Origin: Octopus vulgaris
Taxonomy: Eukaryota
Reading direction: 5' to 3'
Length of the DNA stretch: 64,000 nucleotides
Assembly (NCBI GenBank): GCA_951406725.2
Contig: OX597832.1
Coordinates: 15,934,001 to 15,998,000, forward strand
The position numbers were made by a program, and so were the translations under genes. A model generated the notes under the pieces. The model did no database searches, was not told where the DNA came from, and saw only the letters and a list, made by a program, of their open reading frames with translations. Numbering within the stretch: position 1 is the stretch's first letter; each line of letters begins with the position of its first letter. Positions 14,365-28,110 of the stretch are shown piece after piece.

Positions 14365-15334
14365 AGACAAAGCATATTCAAAATTTCCATTCGAAAATCA
14401 GATTCTCTTATTGACTGAAATAGCTATACCCATTCATTTTAACGTTATAAATTCTGCTTCTTATTAATTTTTTTATTATAAAAACAAAAGTCAGTCGTGA
14501 AATATGTTCTATATATATATTTTCTCATTAAATATTAGCATAAAATGTTGATATATTAATCAATACAAGGTTTTAGCGCTTGAAGTCACTTTAACTTAAT
14601 TTCTGATATTTCTATTTTATTATGTGGCATAAAATCGCTTTTAACTAAATCACTATTGTTGAAAAACCACTAAGTGATGATACGTTGCAATAATTCTTTC
14701 ACGTGTATATTTATAGACTTTTCATTGTAGCTTCATGTAGATATTACGTATTTAATTGCTTTCAAACCGGCAACATATGATACTCGAATTTTTGGTGACA
14801 TATTTTTTTTTTATGATACAAACAGAAAAAAACAAGCTACATCCGTATATTGAACAAAATCTTTTGTGTAAATGACATACTTAACTGTCTGGAGTTTTAT
14901 TACTTTAATGATCAATCTGTCAGGGGTCATTTTCCAGCTATTTCTTTCTTCAAATATAATGTGAAATATTAAGCTTTGTCTCTTAGAAGAAATCTTTGAG
15001 TACAAATATATGTATGATGGAAGCAATCGTAGGCATATTATTCTCTCGTGGAACGAAATAATTTCTGAATTATTTATCTACAGCATAAGACTGGTGTGAA
15101 ACAGCCGAGTATGTCTCTCTCTCTTATTTTTTCTACTTCTACTGTGAGATAACATCATTAGACATAACAGACGAGACTTCCATTAAAAAAAAAAGACACA
15201 CAAACCATTTCTGGTTTCTCAATCAGTCCGACATATACTAGAGGCAACTCCAGGAATTCACGTTTATAAATAAGTGACAGTACCATTCAGAAAAAAATAT
15301 ACAGTAACGCTAAATATTTGTAATATTTGTAATA

Positions 15335-15499
15335 AGCGCAGGAGTGGCTGTGTGGTAAGTAGCTTCTTTACCAACCACATGGTTCCAGGTTCAGTCCCAC
15401 TGCGTGGCACCTCGGGCGAGTGTCTTCTTCTATAGCCTCGAGCCGACCAAAGCCTTGTGAGTGTATTTGGTAGACGGAAACTGAAAGAAGCCCGTCGTA

Positions 15500-15558
<59 letters not shown>

Positions 15559-15790
15559 ATGTGTGTTTGTATGTCTGCGTTTGTCCCCCCTAGCATTGCT
15601 TGACAACCGATGCTGGTGTGTTTATGTCCCCATTACTTAGCGGTTCGGCAAAAAAGACACCGATATAATAAGTACTGGTCTTACAAAAGAATAAGTCCCG
15701 GGGTCGAGTTGCTCGATTAAAGGCGGTGCTCCAGCATGGCCACAGTCAAATGACTGAAACAAGTAGAAGGCTAAAAGAGTAAAAAGAGTA
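15335..15790 (+). mobile_element. Full-length tRNA-headed SINE, family A, with internal (TA)n(TG)n
   Basis: A-box-like TGGCTGTGTGG, B-box-like GGTTCAGTCCC, 3' (AAAAGAGT)n tail; closely similar copies at 27642-28110, 36753-37164, 53181-53559, 57103-57517. Confidence 0.9.
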
Positions 15791-15904
15791 TATTCTATTT
15801 ATTTTCACTGATCAAAAATATCGTGTGGTAACAACGAGGGTAACTGATGCAAATGTAGTGCCCTTGTCTCAAATTCTGAAAAGTTTATAATAGACGACTA
15901 CTTA

Positions 15905-16112
15905 AGACGGTCAACTAGCAGAATCATTAGCACTCCGGGCTAGAACATCAGTAGCATTTCGGCCGTCTTTGAGGTGTGAGTTCAAATTCTCTTGCAGTCG
16001 ACTTTGCATTTCTCTCCCTAATAGTCGACAAAGGATGTACCGGTTTGGTTCTGTTGTTGATGTTCTCACCCACTCACCCCCAAATTCTTGGGTTTGTGTC
16101 AAACTTTGAAAT
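15905..16112 (+). mobile_element. Degenerate SINE-like repeat, family B
   Basis: tagcagaatcattagcactccgg...gagttcaaattc...gtcgactttgc; similar to 4895-5078. Confidence 0.55.
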
Positions 16113-16569
16113 ACATATATTAATAAACATCTGTGTGCCAAAATATTATGGAATTTACTTGTGACACTTAATGTTAGAATTATTCCAGTTGTATAGATTA
16201 TTTATTCAATTAGTGAGATATCCTTAAACGGCTGTTGGCTCCTGAGAGCAAGAATGGTAAATCGAATGATTGCCAAACTATTACTCCTCCAGAAGTGAAG
16301 TCTCATATACGCTTCCTTTCTCCGACCTGAAAGGACATTATAAGAATATTCACACACACATACACACAGAAACACACACGCATACACACACTCACACACA
16401 TACACACACAAATACACATATATCACACACATGTCTGCAGGTTCATTCACTAAGGCACTGACCAAAGCAATAGAAGTGGCGACTGAATAGGGCATTTGGT
16501 CATTTTAACGATAAGATATTTGGCATGTTGCCAAATGTGTAATGCAATTGAAAGTGGTCAGAAATACGT

Positions 16570-16770
16570 ATATGTTTTTGTGTCTGTGTTTGTCCCCCAA
16601 CATCGCTTGGTGTGTTTAAGAGCCCGTAACTTAGCAGTTCAGCAAAACAGACTGATAGAATAAGTACTTGGCTTACAAGGAATAAGTCTTGGGGTCGATT
16701 TGCTGGACTAAAGGCTGTGCTCCAGCATGGCCGCAGCCAAATGACTGAGACAAGTAAAAGAGTAAAAGTG
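16570..16770 (+). mobile_element. 3' half of SINE family A
   Basis: Matches 15570-15790 (gatagaataagtact, ggggtcgatttgct, ctccagcatggccgcag, aagtaaaagagt). Confidence 0.85.
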
Positions 16771-17892
16771 TAATGCAAATATGTAATGTCCTGACATAAC
16801 TATGGTCAGGAAGGGTAATGAGTTTTCAACAGTGTGAAAGCGAAAGAAAGGTATATATGATTTCAGGTTATACAGTGCACTATTCTCCACAAAATAACAT
16901 AATAAATCTTCACTGGATATGCATAAATATACGTGTGCATTAGTGTGTGTGTGCGTGTAAGAGAGAGAGAGAGAGACAGAGACGGACAAACAATCAGACA
17001 GACAAACAGACCGACAGAGGATGAGGAGGTATGTGTGTGAGTGTTTGTATGCGTCTCCATCATTATTATCTTTCATTTCTAAAGAAAAAAATACCTTCTG
17101 TAAAAATCCGCCACTTGTAATGTCTGCGACATACAAACGGCACATTTTTACAATGAAGTAATGATCCTCATATGTAACACTTGTAATTTTATATTTGTGT
17201 AAACGTTACTCAATAAAGTACTAAACAAAAAGACTCGTAAAACGTACACATTTGTTACATTATAGAAGCAACCAAAAAACCCCTAGAAACAGTAAACGTG
17301 TAAAATAAAAAGAGCATGCGTAAATTGTATTCATTCTGAGTAAATATGCAATACGTTTCCAATAGTAAGTTGAAGTATGAGGCTATTGATATCTAAAGTG
17401 AGCCAAATAATATTTACTAAGCGTGTTCTTTTTTCCTTAATTTGATTGACACACTCTAATCAAATGGGATTTATTTCTTCTATTAAATTTGCAACTACGC
17501 AAAACATTTTCATTTGCAACAAAAGTTATGTAAATCTGGGAGTGATAGAATTTAGCTGTTACGTACAAGAACGTTAAAGTTTTCTTCAGCGTCCAAAATT
17601 ATCGATTGTTAATATTTTGTAGAAACGGAACAAAAGGTGTTAGATGCACATGCGTGTCTCTGTTAGTATATGTAAATATATGTGTGTTTGTGTTTGTGTG
17701 TGTGTGTGTGTGTATACTTATTTGTAAAGGTAGGATACAAGGATCCAGGTGTTAGAAGATAGTAAATATATACAGAAAGTATTAAAAAAAACATCTATCA
17801 AGAACACTGTTATTTTACTGACAAACAAGTTTGTAAATATTATTTACGTTATTTATATTAGGCGGATATTTGTCTTCATCTTGCTTCTTGTT

Positions 17893-17935
17893 AACACGTT
17901 TCGGCTGTTATACCCCCCAGCCTTCATCAGGTGTC
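17893..17935 (-). ncRNA. Penelope-type minimal hammerhead ribozyme motif, cleavage triplet missing
   Basis: Minus: GACAC CTGATGA A GGCTG-loop-CAGCC GAAAC GTGTT. Helix II is perfect and helix I GACAC/GTGTT pairs, but there is no helix III/NUH between GAAAC and the helix I 3' strand. Confidence 0.6.
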
Positions 17936-18017
17936 TTGGGAGAATTTCGAACCTGTGTTTTCGTTCCCATGTTATTTTTCAATGTTGTTATTGTTGTTGT
18001 TATTATTATTATTATTA

Positions 18018-18094
18018 CTCAGGTCCCTGCATGGAAACGAAATCGGAATCTTGGAGTTAGTAGCTCGCGCTCTTTACCACTATACTACATGCCC
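18018..18094 (-). mobile_element. tRNA-like (Pol III promoter-type) head followed by (AAT)n
   Basis: Minus: GGGCATGTAGTATAGTGGTAAAGAGCGCGAGCTACTAACTCCAAGATTCCGATTTCGTTTCC; A-box-like TAGTATAGTGG and a degenerate B box. Confidence 0.55.
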
Positions 18095-18579
18095 ATGGGC
18101 AATTATGGAGTGAATTTTAGGTCTTATAAATCTAATATTCTCCTATCCTTCCTTAATACGTGTTCCCATTAGTTGTTTATATCTGCGCTCGTTCGGCTTA
18201 GGAAGTTGTTCTCTCCTAGAATATGAGCTGCTTATAATTTACGTATTTTTCCAATCAACAGAGAGAGGGACATCAGCAGCTTCTTACCATGACAAACACA
18301 CGCTCTGATGGGGTTCACTGTTGCCTGTGCTGCTGTTGTCTATGTTGATTTTTCACACTTAATTCTTCACACCAAGAGATTCTTTTCTACCGCGTGCTTT
18401 GTTTTAGTTTTTTCTGATTGTTTCTATATTACATATTTGTCTGTGATTCTGTGTGTAAGAATTTTTCGGTGATTTTTTCTGTGGGTTAGTATTTTTACAT
18501 AAGTTTTTATTTCATATATTTTTGGGAGACATTCTCTTAGATAGCTAGGTTTATGATTTCACTTGATTAATTCTGTTCA

Positions 18580-18810
18580 TATAAATTTAAATTAGGGGTA
18601 TTTCTTAAACCGTTAGTTTCGCATTTCAGCAGCCTAACTGAAATTGTGCCCACGTAACAGGAACTGAGAGGGATATCGTAGAACAGAGAAACTGCGGGTG
18701 ATACAGATCATTTGAGAATATTTTTGAATTCTGCATGCAAAACCGTATAAGATACAGGTACTCTTTTCCTTGGGACATATTCTTTGTCGACCAGTGTTAT
18801 TCTTACCGTA
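18580..18810 (-). mobile_element. Highly decayed Penelope-like GIY-YIG endonuclease C-terminus
   Basis: Frameshifted minus pieces TLVDKEYVPR (cf. RxxEH), SFSVL, LLKCETNGLRNTPNLNL (cf. E..xxPxLN); same strand as, and upstream of, the 17893-17935 hammerhead motif. Confidence 0.4.
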
Positions 18811-21752
18811 GTTTACAAATCCAAGCTACAAAACATTACTCAACTTTGGAGTTTTGGAGACAGAAACCCCTTTGCACACACATGAATGCATAAATGCACA
18901 TATAAACTGACTTACGGGTACATACATCCACATGCACTTATGTATAAATGATGTACACAAATACATTACAGGTATACATAATACAGAAGTACGCATAATG
19001 CAAACACATGCAGACAAATATTATTTTTTAAATATTTTAAAAAAATAATAAAACCATACAAACAATGAAGAGACGAAAGATGATACATGTTGCTTTTACT
19101 AAATATTTCTGCTTATTTAGAAATCTACAATGAACAGGTCAGGCGCTATCTCTAAATTTCACAGAGTATAAGATTAATGTTGACACTTCTCCGCTAAACG
19201 CAGAAAATTTCAGTCCCGCTTATAGTTATTTTCTAGTTTGAAACCTCTGTAAATTTATCTCTAATTGCTTTCTCCACAACATGATACCTTCAAAGCGATG
19301 AGACTGGAAGGCTACATTGTTCTACCAGATTTTCAGACTTTTACTATCTTTTTTTTTTACTAACTTTTAAAAAATGTATGTTTGAAATGAAAAATAAGAC
19401 CAGATAAAATGAATTTCCTCAAAATAAACGTTCATATATAAAAAAAAAACCATATGATTTATATTCACATAAAAGACGAAAAATAAAATGATAACTTATG
19501 AATAATACTTCAATTGATTATAGCTATTTCCAATTATGTTTTAACTTAATAACTTGAAACCGTTAGGAAAAAACGTTTTATCAAGTGAGTACATGAACCA
19601 AAACATTTAAAAACATTGAAAAATGAACGGCATATGCATCTTCATGATTTCACGAGAGTTACTGATATCGTAGAATGAATTTGTTATTTCAGTTGGTAGT
19701 ATTGTAGTAGAAGACAACGGCATGTTATGAGATGGTAAGGGGACCTACGATTTATAGCATTGATGTACGTTACAAGATTGGTTAAGGATCGGACAGTCAA
19801 GTATGTCATCCACAATTGAGATAGAGTGATTTCAATTTATCTTTGAATTCAATATTTACTTATTTAACAATAATTGTTTTCCCCGAAGGATATGTAATAG
19901 AGATACATGGGTTGATATTCTACTCTGAGTGTGGTAGGAATAATGGTGGTCATCCTATGAATAGACAGATAAATCAAGAAGTATACAATACAGAGCGTTC
20001 AATAAAACATTTATGAAAGCAAAACGATAATAGTAAAGGAAATATTATAATAAAAAATATAATGAAAATATGGGATACGATAAAAGAATATGGATAATAA
20101 TAAAAATGGAACTGATATATACTGACTTTGTAAATGATATCACCGGAATTTTAATGGAATGAAGAAAAGTAAAATAAAGTAAAATAAGGTAATATATTTG
20201 GATAATGTACAATAGCAAATAAATTGTCGATGGGAAAAAATAATGGTGATAACGAAATAACAGTAGAGTGATAGAACATATAATACAGGAAATATCATAA
20301 GAATATAAAAAAATATATGTAAAAACTATAACAATAAATGTAAAGGGTTAGTCATATATTCAGTCAAAGTCAATTAAATTTATACATAATCTGAATAACT
20401 CGCTGCCTTTACTTTGGTATACGCGTATGTATTCATCTATATTTGTTGTGTACGCATTTTAATTTTGGCCCAACTCTGTGGCTTAACGCTCGAGCGTCTG
20501 ATTCACTTGAATCCTAACGTATTTTACATATATATACACAGACAGACAGGCAGAGAAGGAGATGGGTGGGGGAGAGTATCACACACACTAGAGGTATGCA
20601 GTGTTAATGCACTTTGGTATGCACTTTGGTATGCACTTTGGAATTCCCACTGAATCCTTTACCCGAGCGGCGTCTTTTAATCCATACTAATGTTAAAGCG
20701 ATGTTAACTGTCTCTACTCGTTCAATTCTACTATGTAAATACATCATATCATAAAACGCAATTACTTTGGGATGTATGGAAATGTTTTTCTCTGTGGATA
20801 TAAATATTTTATTGTTTATTATTTTCTATTAAAATAATATATTTCAAGGTAATGGTATGTAATATTTCTTCAAGGCCAATATCCTATTTGCTATTTGCAA
20901 CACTATAATGGGAATAAGTACCTATGATATTCCCTCTAATGTCATATTTAGTATTTTTATCTCATAAAATCCAAATGATCATTTCTGTAATTCTCACGAA
21001 ATTTTCCGTAATTCTGAAAAACGAAAGTTGAGTATTCAGTAAAATAAATCATCCTGACGTTAATAAATTTACCCCTGAGATGAACCGCATCACAAAGACC
21101 TTCTCTGTTAGTAACCAATTGGATATTTTAAATATAAACGGAGCTTGAAATCTGGACACAAAATATTTCATTAATCTCTCCATTGTCTTTTGCTGCAATC
21201 TCTTATATTCCCTTACCAAATGTGACACACAAGGAATTCATATTTGATACTAGATGTCTCAGTTCAATGTATCCACCCATATGGAGAATAACTGGAATAA
21301 GTTGTGTAAGATCGTCAACATTTGGTTCAGAATTTCTACTACAAGTGATTTAGTACAAATAGGATACATACAGAAAACTCACAGCTCAATGGACCAAAGG
21401 CTCTTATTCAGTAGAACACACATCGGAATGTAATATAAAGAAAGTTATTTGAATGATATGAACTTCTCAATTCTGATACGTATTTCGGAGAAAAAAGTGT
21501 CATTAATAGATTAGCATGGTAGACAATATCCAAGAATATCTACCAGTGTTAAAATATTTATTAATTAACCAATCAATAACTGGTTCGACTTATATAATTA
21601 CTTTAGATCCAATTATGCATTCAGAACTAATGAGATGAATGTTTGACATCCAGGAAACTATGAAGTAATACCCGATGACATTTAATCAAGAGCGGGAGAG
21701 TGAATTCACATAAATTATATCAGGAACCCTGCCTTTTATCACCCTTCACAAG

Positions 21753-21852
21753 AATTAATGGTTTAATTACAATTTGACGTTGATGTCATAGAAGTAGCCT
21801 AGGTATAATATGAATATAACTCGGAAGATCGTTAAATCTGAGTTTACGGAAT
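21753..21852 (+). repeat. Dispersed ~100-bp repeat, copy 1 (copy 2 at 36240-36338)
   Basis: aattaatggtttaattacaatttgaYgttgatgtYatagaag...aagatcgttaa...ttacggaat shared. Confidence 0.8.
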
Positions 21853-22648
21853 TATCGAAAGAACTGCTATTTAAACATTTATAATATTCAAATGACAGTC
21901 GTGAAATCATAAAATCAGTAAATAACAAAAGGACAGTCATCTTTGATAATATTTTGATCAGTTAATATCAGGCGGTGTAAATGAGAGGAATCTTCAGTAA
22001 ACATGACATTTCCTAGCATATCAAAATAATTTCACCCTAATGACCTTAACCATTCCTGAAGATTTGATGTACAGCGTTGTTATCAATTCTGATACACCTA
22101 ATAGATTAACCTTGTAAATTTGCATCTTTCTTGTACCGGAAATTATAAAAGGTTCCATCAAAACTGGTTGTTATAGAAGTACATAGTACACTATTCATAT
22201 TGTTGCATCATTTTTCACATTGCATCATGTTTTGATTCTTTTTTACCTTACAATATTTTCAAATCATAAATATTGCTTTGTATTTACATGTCGATTACAA
22301 TTTTGTGAAGGTTGATAACCGATGTCATGGATGCCAGTTTTCAACTAGTACATAATTGTATTTTTCGAGAGATAATTTTCGGTGTGTATTATTTTTCTCA
22401 TGTTATGTGCGCGTAACCTTTGGGATGAAACCATCAGCAAGACACGATTATTTGTCTGTTTGTGTGTCAAAATAAAGTTGTTATATTTGTTTCTTATCAC
22501 ATAATTTATAAGTGAGCTTTCCTGGGTGACGTTTAGATTGCAATGTACCATTGTCTTATTTTGATAAACATACTGTTTATAATATATACATATATATATA
22601 TATAATATATATATATATATACTGATGAAACTGACACACATAGCAATG

Positions 22649-22720
<72 letters not shown>

Positions 22721-22918
22721 TATATATATATATGTATACATATAATTATATTGCATATAAATAAGTTACCTGTCGGAAAACAGAATCTCACTGTCAAAAA
22801 TGGTCTAGTTTCACAATAATTAATTTATACATTAACTAATTATAGCGTAGCACATCAGATTAATGTATTTTTTTAATTATGACTAATATAAATATATATA
22901 TTTTAATTATTGATACAT

Positions 22919-23041
<123 letters not shown>

Positions 23042-23099
23042 ATGGATTCATATATATGTGCATACACTCACACACATATTCATATATATTTAGGTTTTT

Positions 23100-23245
23100 T
23101 ATTTGGTTAGCAAAATTCTTTATGAGAATTCGTGTGTTTATTGTCTGGTGAGAGTCATTCTCTTTTACTAGACAAACACATGAGTAGAAATCGAACCGGT
23201 GAGAGTGTTAAATGATAAGGCACTAACAGAAAATAGCACTCCCCA
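23100..23245. repeat. Two oppositely oriented fragments of the repeat also found at 28655-28772
   Basis: Reverse complement of 23101-23165 matches 28697-28772 (aagagaatgactctc...cataaagaat.ttgc.aaccaaat); 23195-23241 matches 28665-28711 in direct orientation. Confidence 0.6.
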
Positions 23246-23270
23246 CCACACAATGATATATGCATATATA

Positions 23271-23343
<73 letters not shown>

Positions 23344-23489
23344 TTAAAAAGGAGATGTCGAACACAGTGATATATAAAAAAGGAAATGAAGAAAATGCTA
23401 TGAGTAATTTAATATATTAGGTGAAAGTTCTTTACCGTTGCGCATTTTTATCTTATCAAAATATAAAAGAGATTGATCTGTCTCTTATA

Positions 23490-23705
23490 TGAAAAAACCC
23501 AGTATATGTCTAACTTGCTCGGCTGTAATGAATATATAGCCAAACAAAAAAGCTCCGCCAAGCATGATATATATAGTGCACATATTGATACCTGTGCCAC
23601 AACTCCATCCCAATTTTAGAATCTTTCTCCTACAAATTTGACAATACCACTCTACCCAGAATAACCATGGATATACTATTAATAAATACAGACCACTTTA
23701 AAAAG
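23490..23705 (+). mobile_element. Decayed Penelope-like element GIY-YIG endonuclease domain
   Basis: Frameshifted reading KN.VYV.TCS/GCNEYI(G)QT ... AHIDTCA ... PNFRIF..YK ... INKYRPL, the typical Penelope endonuclease motif order (VY..CxxC..YIGQT..H...C..F.I....K.P.LN). Confidence 0.7.
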
Positions 23706-23815
23706 CCCACACGAACCCACAACAAACACACTTACCGCACACACCCTACACATACAGATATAACACCATGACACACAAATATATCCACACATCCATAATT
23801 GAATAGTAAAACATC

Positions 23816-23881
<66 letters not shown>

Positions 23882-24119
23882 ATAAGAAATTTTAGGCGGG
23901 ACACTAGCCAAATTTAATTTCTGGACCTTTTTTCTTCCAACTTCATCAAACATTATGACCCTTCATAATCAATCAAAATTTTAGGCCGAAACCAAGCAAT
24001 CCCAAACAACTCGACCTTTTTTTCACATGACAGACTCTAATTCTTTATATTTGATAAGCATAACAAATGCGCAACGGTAAAGAACTTAATAAATTACAAA
24101 TACGTCCATTTTCTTATTT

Positions 24120-24178
<59 letters not shown>

Positions 24179-24268
24179 TACAGATAAGATCGTTAATTAA
24201 AAAAAACATAACGAACTTATCCAGTGGTCAGCACGGAAAAATTAACCTTCAAAGATAATAATCATAAA

Positions 24269-24662
24269 AATTATAAAAGAGGCTATCTACGAGATACTAC
24301 CATACTTAAAATAGCAGCCATCAACCGACTCTAAAACCACCTTAAGTTTTCATATAGCAACATGGAGAAAAGAAAAAGAGACAAGATGAACCTAGTAAAA
24401 AATTACTGGATGTCTAGCTTTGCATTTATATATATGTATTTATGTTTCTTTCTACGTATATTCTACTGATGAGGCAAAGCATTTCTAAATGCAAAACTAG
24501 AAATCCGGGATCTAGATTTATCCAGTAATTTTTTAATAGTTTCATCTTGTCTCTTTTCCTCTTCTCCATGCTGGTATATGAAAACTTAAGTTGCTTTTAA
24601 AGTCGGTTCATGGCTGCTATTTTCAGCATGGTGGTATCTCGTAGATACCCTATTTTATAATT
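24269..24662. repeat. ~160-bp imperfect inverted repeat (arms 24269-24428 and 24486-24662)
   Basis: aattataaaa...atctacgagatactaccat...aaaatagcagccatcaaccgact...gagacaagatgaa...aattactgga is the reverse complement of tccagtaatt...ttcatcttgtctc...agtcggttcatggctgctatttt...atggtggtatctcgtagat...ttttataatt. Confidence 0.9.
24462..24516 (+). ncRNA. Type I hammerhead ribozyme motif (near-intact)
   Basis: TCTA CTGATGA G...GCATT-TCTA-AATGC...CTA GAAA TCCGGGA TC|TAGA: helix I TCTA/TAGA, near-palindromic helix III ATCCGGGAT, AUC cleavage after 24512; base of helix II mismatched. Confidence 0.65.
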
Positions 24663-25316
24663 ATATATATATATATCAACATGTACACACACACTCACAT
24701 ATATATTATACACATATGCGTGTGTGTATATGCGTATGCAGAAACGTATATGCTTGCCGATCGACCTGTTACGGGATTTCGTGAAATACCTATAAAATAG
24801 ACAATTGTTGAGGAGTTATAGCTGTTAACATGCTCCATTATGTATGCAAGTAAGCTGTGAAGAATAAATTGAGAAGCTTTCAATGATTCCGTCATATTTT
24901 GTTTGCTCGCAACAAAAAAGAGGAACAAAGAAGGACAGATTTACTATATACAAAACAAAATAATAATGTTGTATGAAACTGTGCTGAAGTGCAGATATCT
25001 ATAGAGAAGGGTTTTCTAAAGAAAATTCATATCTAGTATTTATTACTGAATTTATAGAAATTCAGCATTCACCGACATATATTCATATATATTCCAGATA
25101 TTATACAGGATTTTTTTGTATGTGAGCTTTAAGTCGAATGCATTATCCACTGGTCCTGGATAATAGATGAGATAGTGCCTGGTTAATTACCTGACAATTA
25201 TACCAGGTTAATGAATAAGGAAGAGTTCCCAACTTACTCTGCATTCCCATGAGTGTATAATTTCGTGCAACATTGTTTCCGCGGCACACTGTGAAACTAA
25301 GTTCTACTATAGCCCG

Positions 25317-25369
<53 letters not shown>

Positions 25370-25544
25370 GCGGATAGGACAAACTTTGTTTGTCAAGGGC
25401 TTATATGTCCATTTATTCGGCTATTTTCCTTAGTCATTGCACTGTGATCGCCAAAAACCTTAAGCTTATATAAGAATATCATTATTATTATTTACAGAAT
25501 TTTATACTCGGCACCGTATACAATAACATTCGCCCCGATATATA

Positions 25545-25692
<148 letters not shown>

Positions 25693-25759
25693 ACGTGTGT
25701 GCGTGATTGTTCGTTTGTGTATGCGTGTATTTATGAGCGTGCGCCGCTGCGAGCGTACG

Positions 25760-25965
25760 TGTGTGTGTGTTTGTGCCTTTGTTCCTTCCTCCGCCGCCGC
25801 CTCACAACCGGTGTTCGTGTGTTTACGAACTCTTAATTTGTCCATGTGGCCAACAATCTATAGATTAATTACCAGGCTTACAACTGAAGTACTGGTGTCG
25901 ACTAATCTGCCTAAAATTCTACTGTAACATGCCTCAAGATGACCGCAGTTCAATCACTGAAACGC
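25760..25965 (+). mobile_element. Old degenerate 3' half of SINE family A
   Basis: acaaccggtg...gtgtttacg...accaggcttaca...tggtgtcgact...accgcagttcaatcactgaaac. Confidence 0.6.
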
Positions 25966-26891
25966 GGAAATGTTTATGTGTATAAAAGGCATATACGTTT
26001 GTGCTTTTGACTCAGTTGTGGGAATTCTGTGTTTGAGAGATATTTTATAGACCCTGATAGAAAAAATCCCCACCTAACATAAACGAACGGCGAATGCGTT
26101 CTGATTGCCTTGATATCAGCGTATATTACCTAAATCAACATGTCAATACCTCTCAGCAGTATTCTATGATAAAATAAACTTCTCAAACTGATTATATAAC
26201 TTGAGAAATAATGTAATATGCTTCTGAATATCAGAGGCTTAGATAAAAATATAACAAAACTGTTATAGGCGTGCAGTTCACACGAATACCTTTATCGTGG
26301 TGTTAAATATGTTGAAAAACCAATATTATTGAAGCAGGAAATGTGTTGATACGGATATAAAACAAATTATGCAAGATGAGATAAATATTGTTTCGCTAAT
26401 ATATTTCCAGGGTATCTTCAAGACATATCTACCGGAAATAAATAACAACTGCATTTCATAAGTAATGCTCACAAATAAATGCATGTATGGAAATTTGTTA
26501 ATCATATACATTGTTACTAAGTCGTATTATATCACTAAGTCCATATAAACTAATGTTACTGGTGTATTGATATATGTAATAATAAATGAATATTTAGAAA
26601 TCATACGCCTGTGAACTAGCATATTACTAATGCAAAATTAGATGTAGAGATTAAATAAGTGTGCAGAAAATCGTTTTCAATTAAGAGTTGAATAGAGAGC
26701 AAAATTATCTGTATTTGAAGCATGATGTCGCGACAGTGAAAAGGAAACTTATGATTAATTCAAAATGGTGGAAAATGATTTACGTCGCCTAGTTGATTGT
26801 CTGTGACTTATTCAACATAACTTCATAGCTATTCACTCAGTCTCACATAACCACAATCATTTCAAGCAAACATATACAACACCCAAACTAT

Positions 26892-26947
<56 letters not shown>

Positions 26948-27319
26948 TGTATGTATGTTGACAGATAAACAGATAGATAGATATGAATTACCTATAAGGA
27001 TCCAATACAACCTAGACACAACAACACGTAGCACGCCATAAATCGCTAGGTACAATAACAGATTTGACTGTGATGTAAATGGTAATGAATGTATCAAATG
27101 TTGGCAGGATACTGCAGATATGTTACTACCAAATCTAACATAAACCGTAGATCCCACTCTGTGGTTTAATCTAGGTTCATCGTAGTGTAACTTGCTTTTA
27201 AAATCGAAATACAAATGGTGTTTAAAATCTAGCGAAATATTTTCGATATAAAGTAACTGATGTATTCATTGATTACATAATAACATGCATTTGCTTTTGT
27301 AAATATTGCCTTACAACCC

Positions 27320-27475
27320 AATGCTCGCTTGGTGACTGATTCTGGTGCGTTTTCGCGTTTCAGCTATATCCACCGATATAATAAATACCAGGTTTTTGCT
27401 TGGGGTTGGTATATTCGGCTAAACATTCTTCAAAACAATGCACCAGCATGGCCATACTCTAATAAATGAAACAAT
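27320..27475 (+). mobile_element. Old degenerate 3' half of SINE family A
   Basis: ccgatataataaataccagg...tggggttgg...gcaccagcatggcca. Confidence 0.5.
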
Positions 27476-27641
27476 TACACGATAACAGTTAAAACATACC
27501 ATATCCAAAATACTAAACAGGAAATATACGTAGTAGATAATCATACTTATATTTTTATTCAGGTAGAATAGTAAGTAAGCTGTTATGTAGATGAATGTAT
27601 GTATGTGTATATATATATATGTGGAGAGGTTCGTGTGTATA

Positions 27642-27900
27642 CTCTTTTCCCCTTTTACTCTTTTATTTGTTTTAGTCATTTGACTGCGGCCATGCAGGAC
27701 CACCGCCTTTAGTCGAGTAAATCGACCCCAGGACTTATTCTTTGTAAGCCTAATACTTATTTTATCGGTCACCTTTTCCGAACCGTTAAGTAACCAGGAC
27801 GTAAACACACCATAATTGGTTGTCAAGCGATGTTAGGGAGACAAAAACAGGCACACAAACACACACACACACGCGCGCACACACACAAGCATTCACTCAC

Positions 27901-27949
<49 letters not shown>

Positions 27950-28110
27950 CAACGTGCTTGTTTCAGTTTCCGTCTACCAAATCCACTCACAAATCTTTGA
28001 TCGGCCTGAGGCTATCGTAGAAGACACTCGCCCAAGGTGCCACGCAGCGGGACTGGACCCAGAACACTGTTGGTAAGCAAGCTACGTACCACACAGCCAC
28101 TCCTACGCCT
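27642..28110 (-). mobile_element. Full-length SINE family A
   Basis: Reverse complement matches 15335-15790; ends accacacagccactcctacgcct. Confidence 0.9.
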
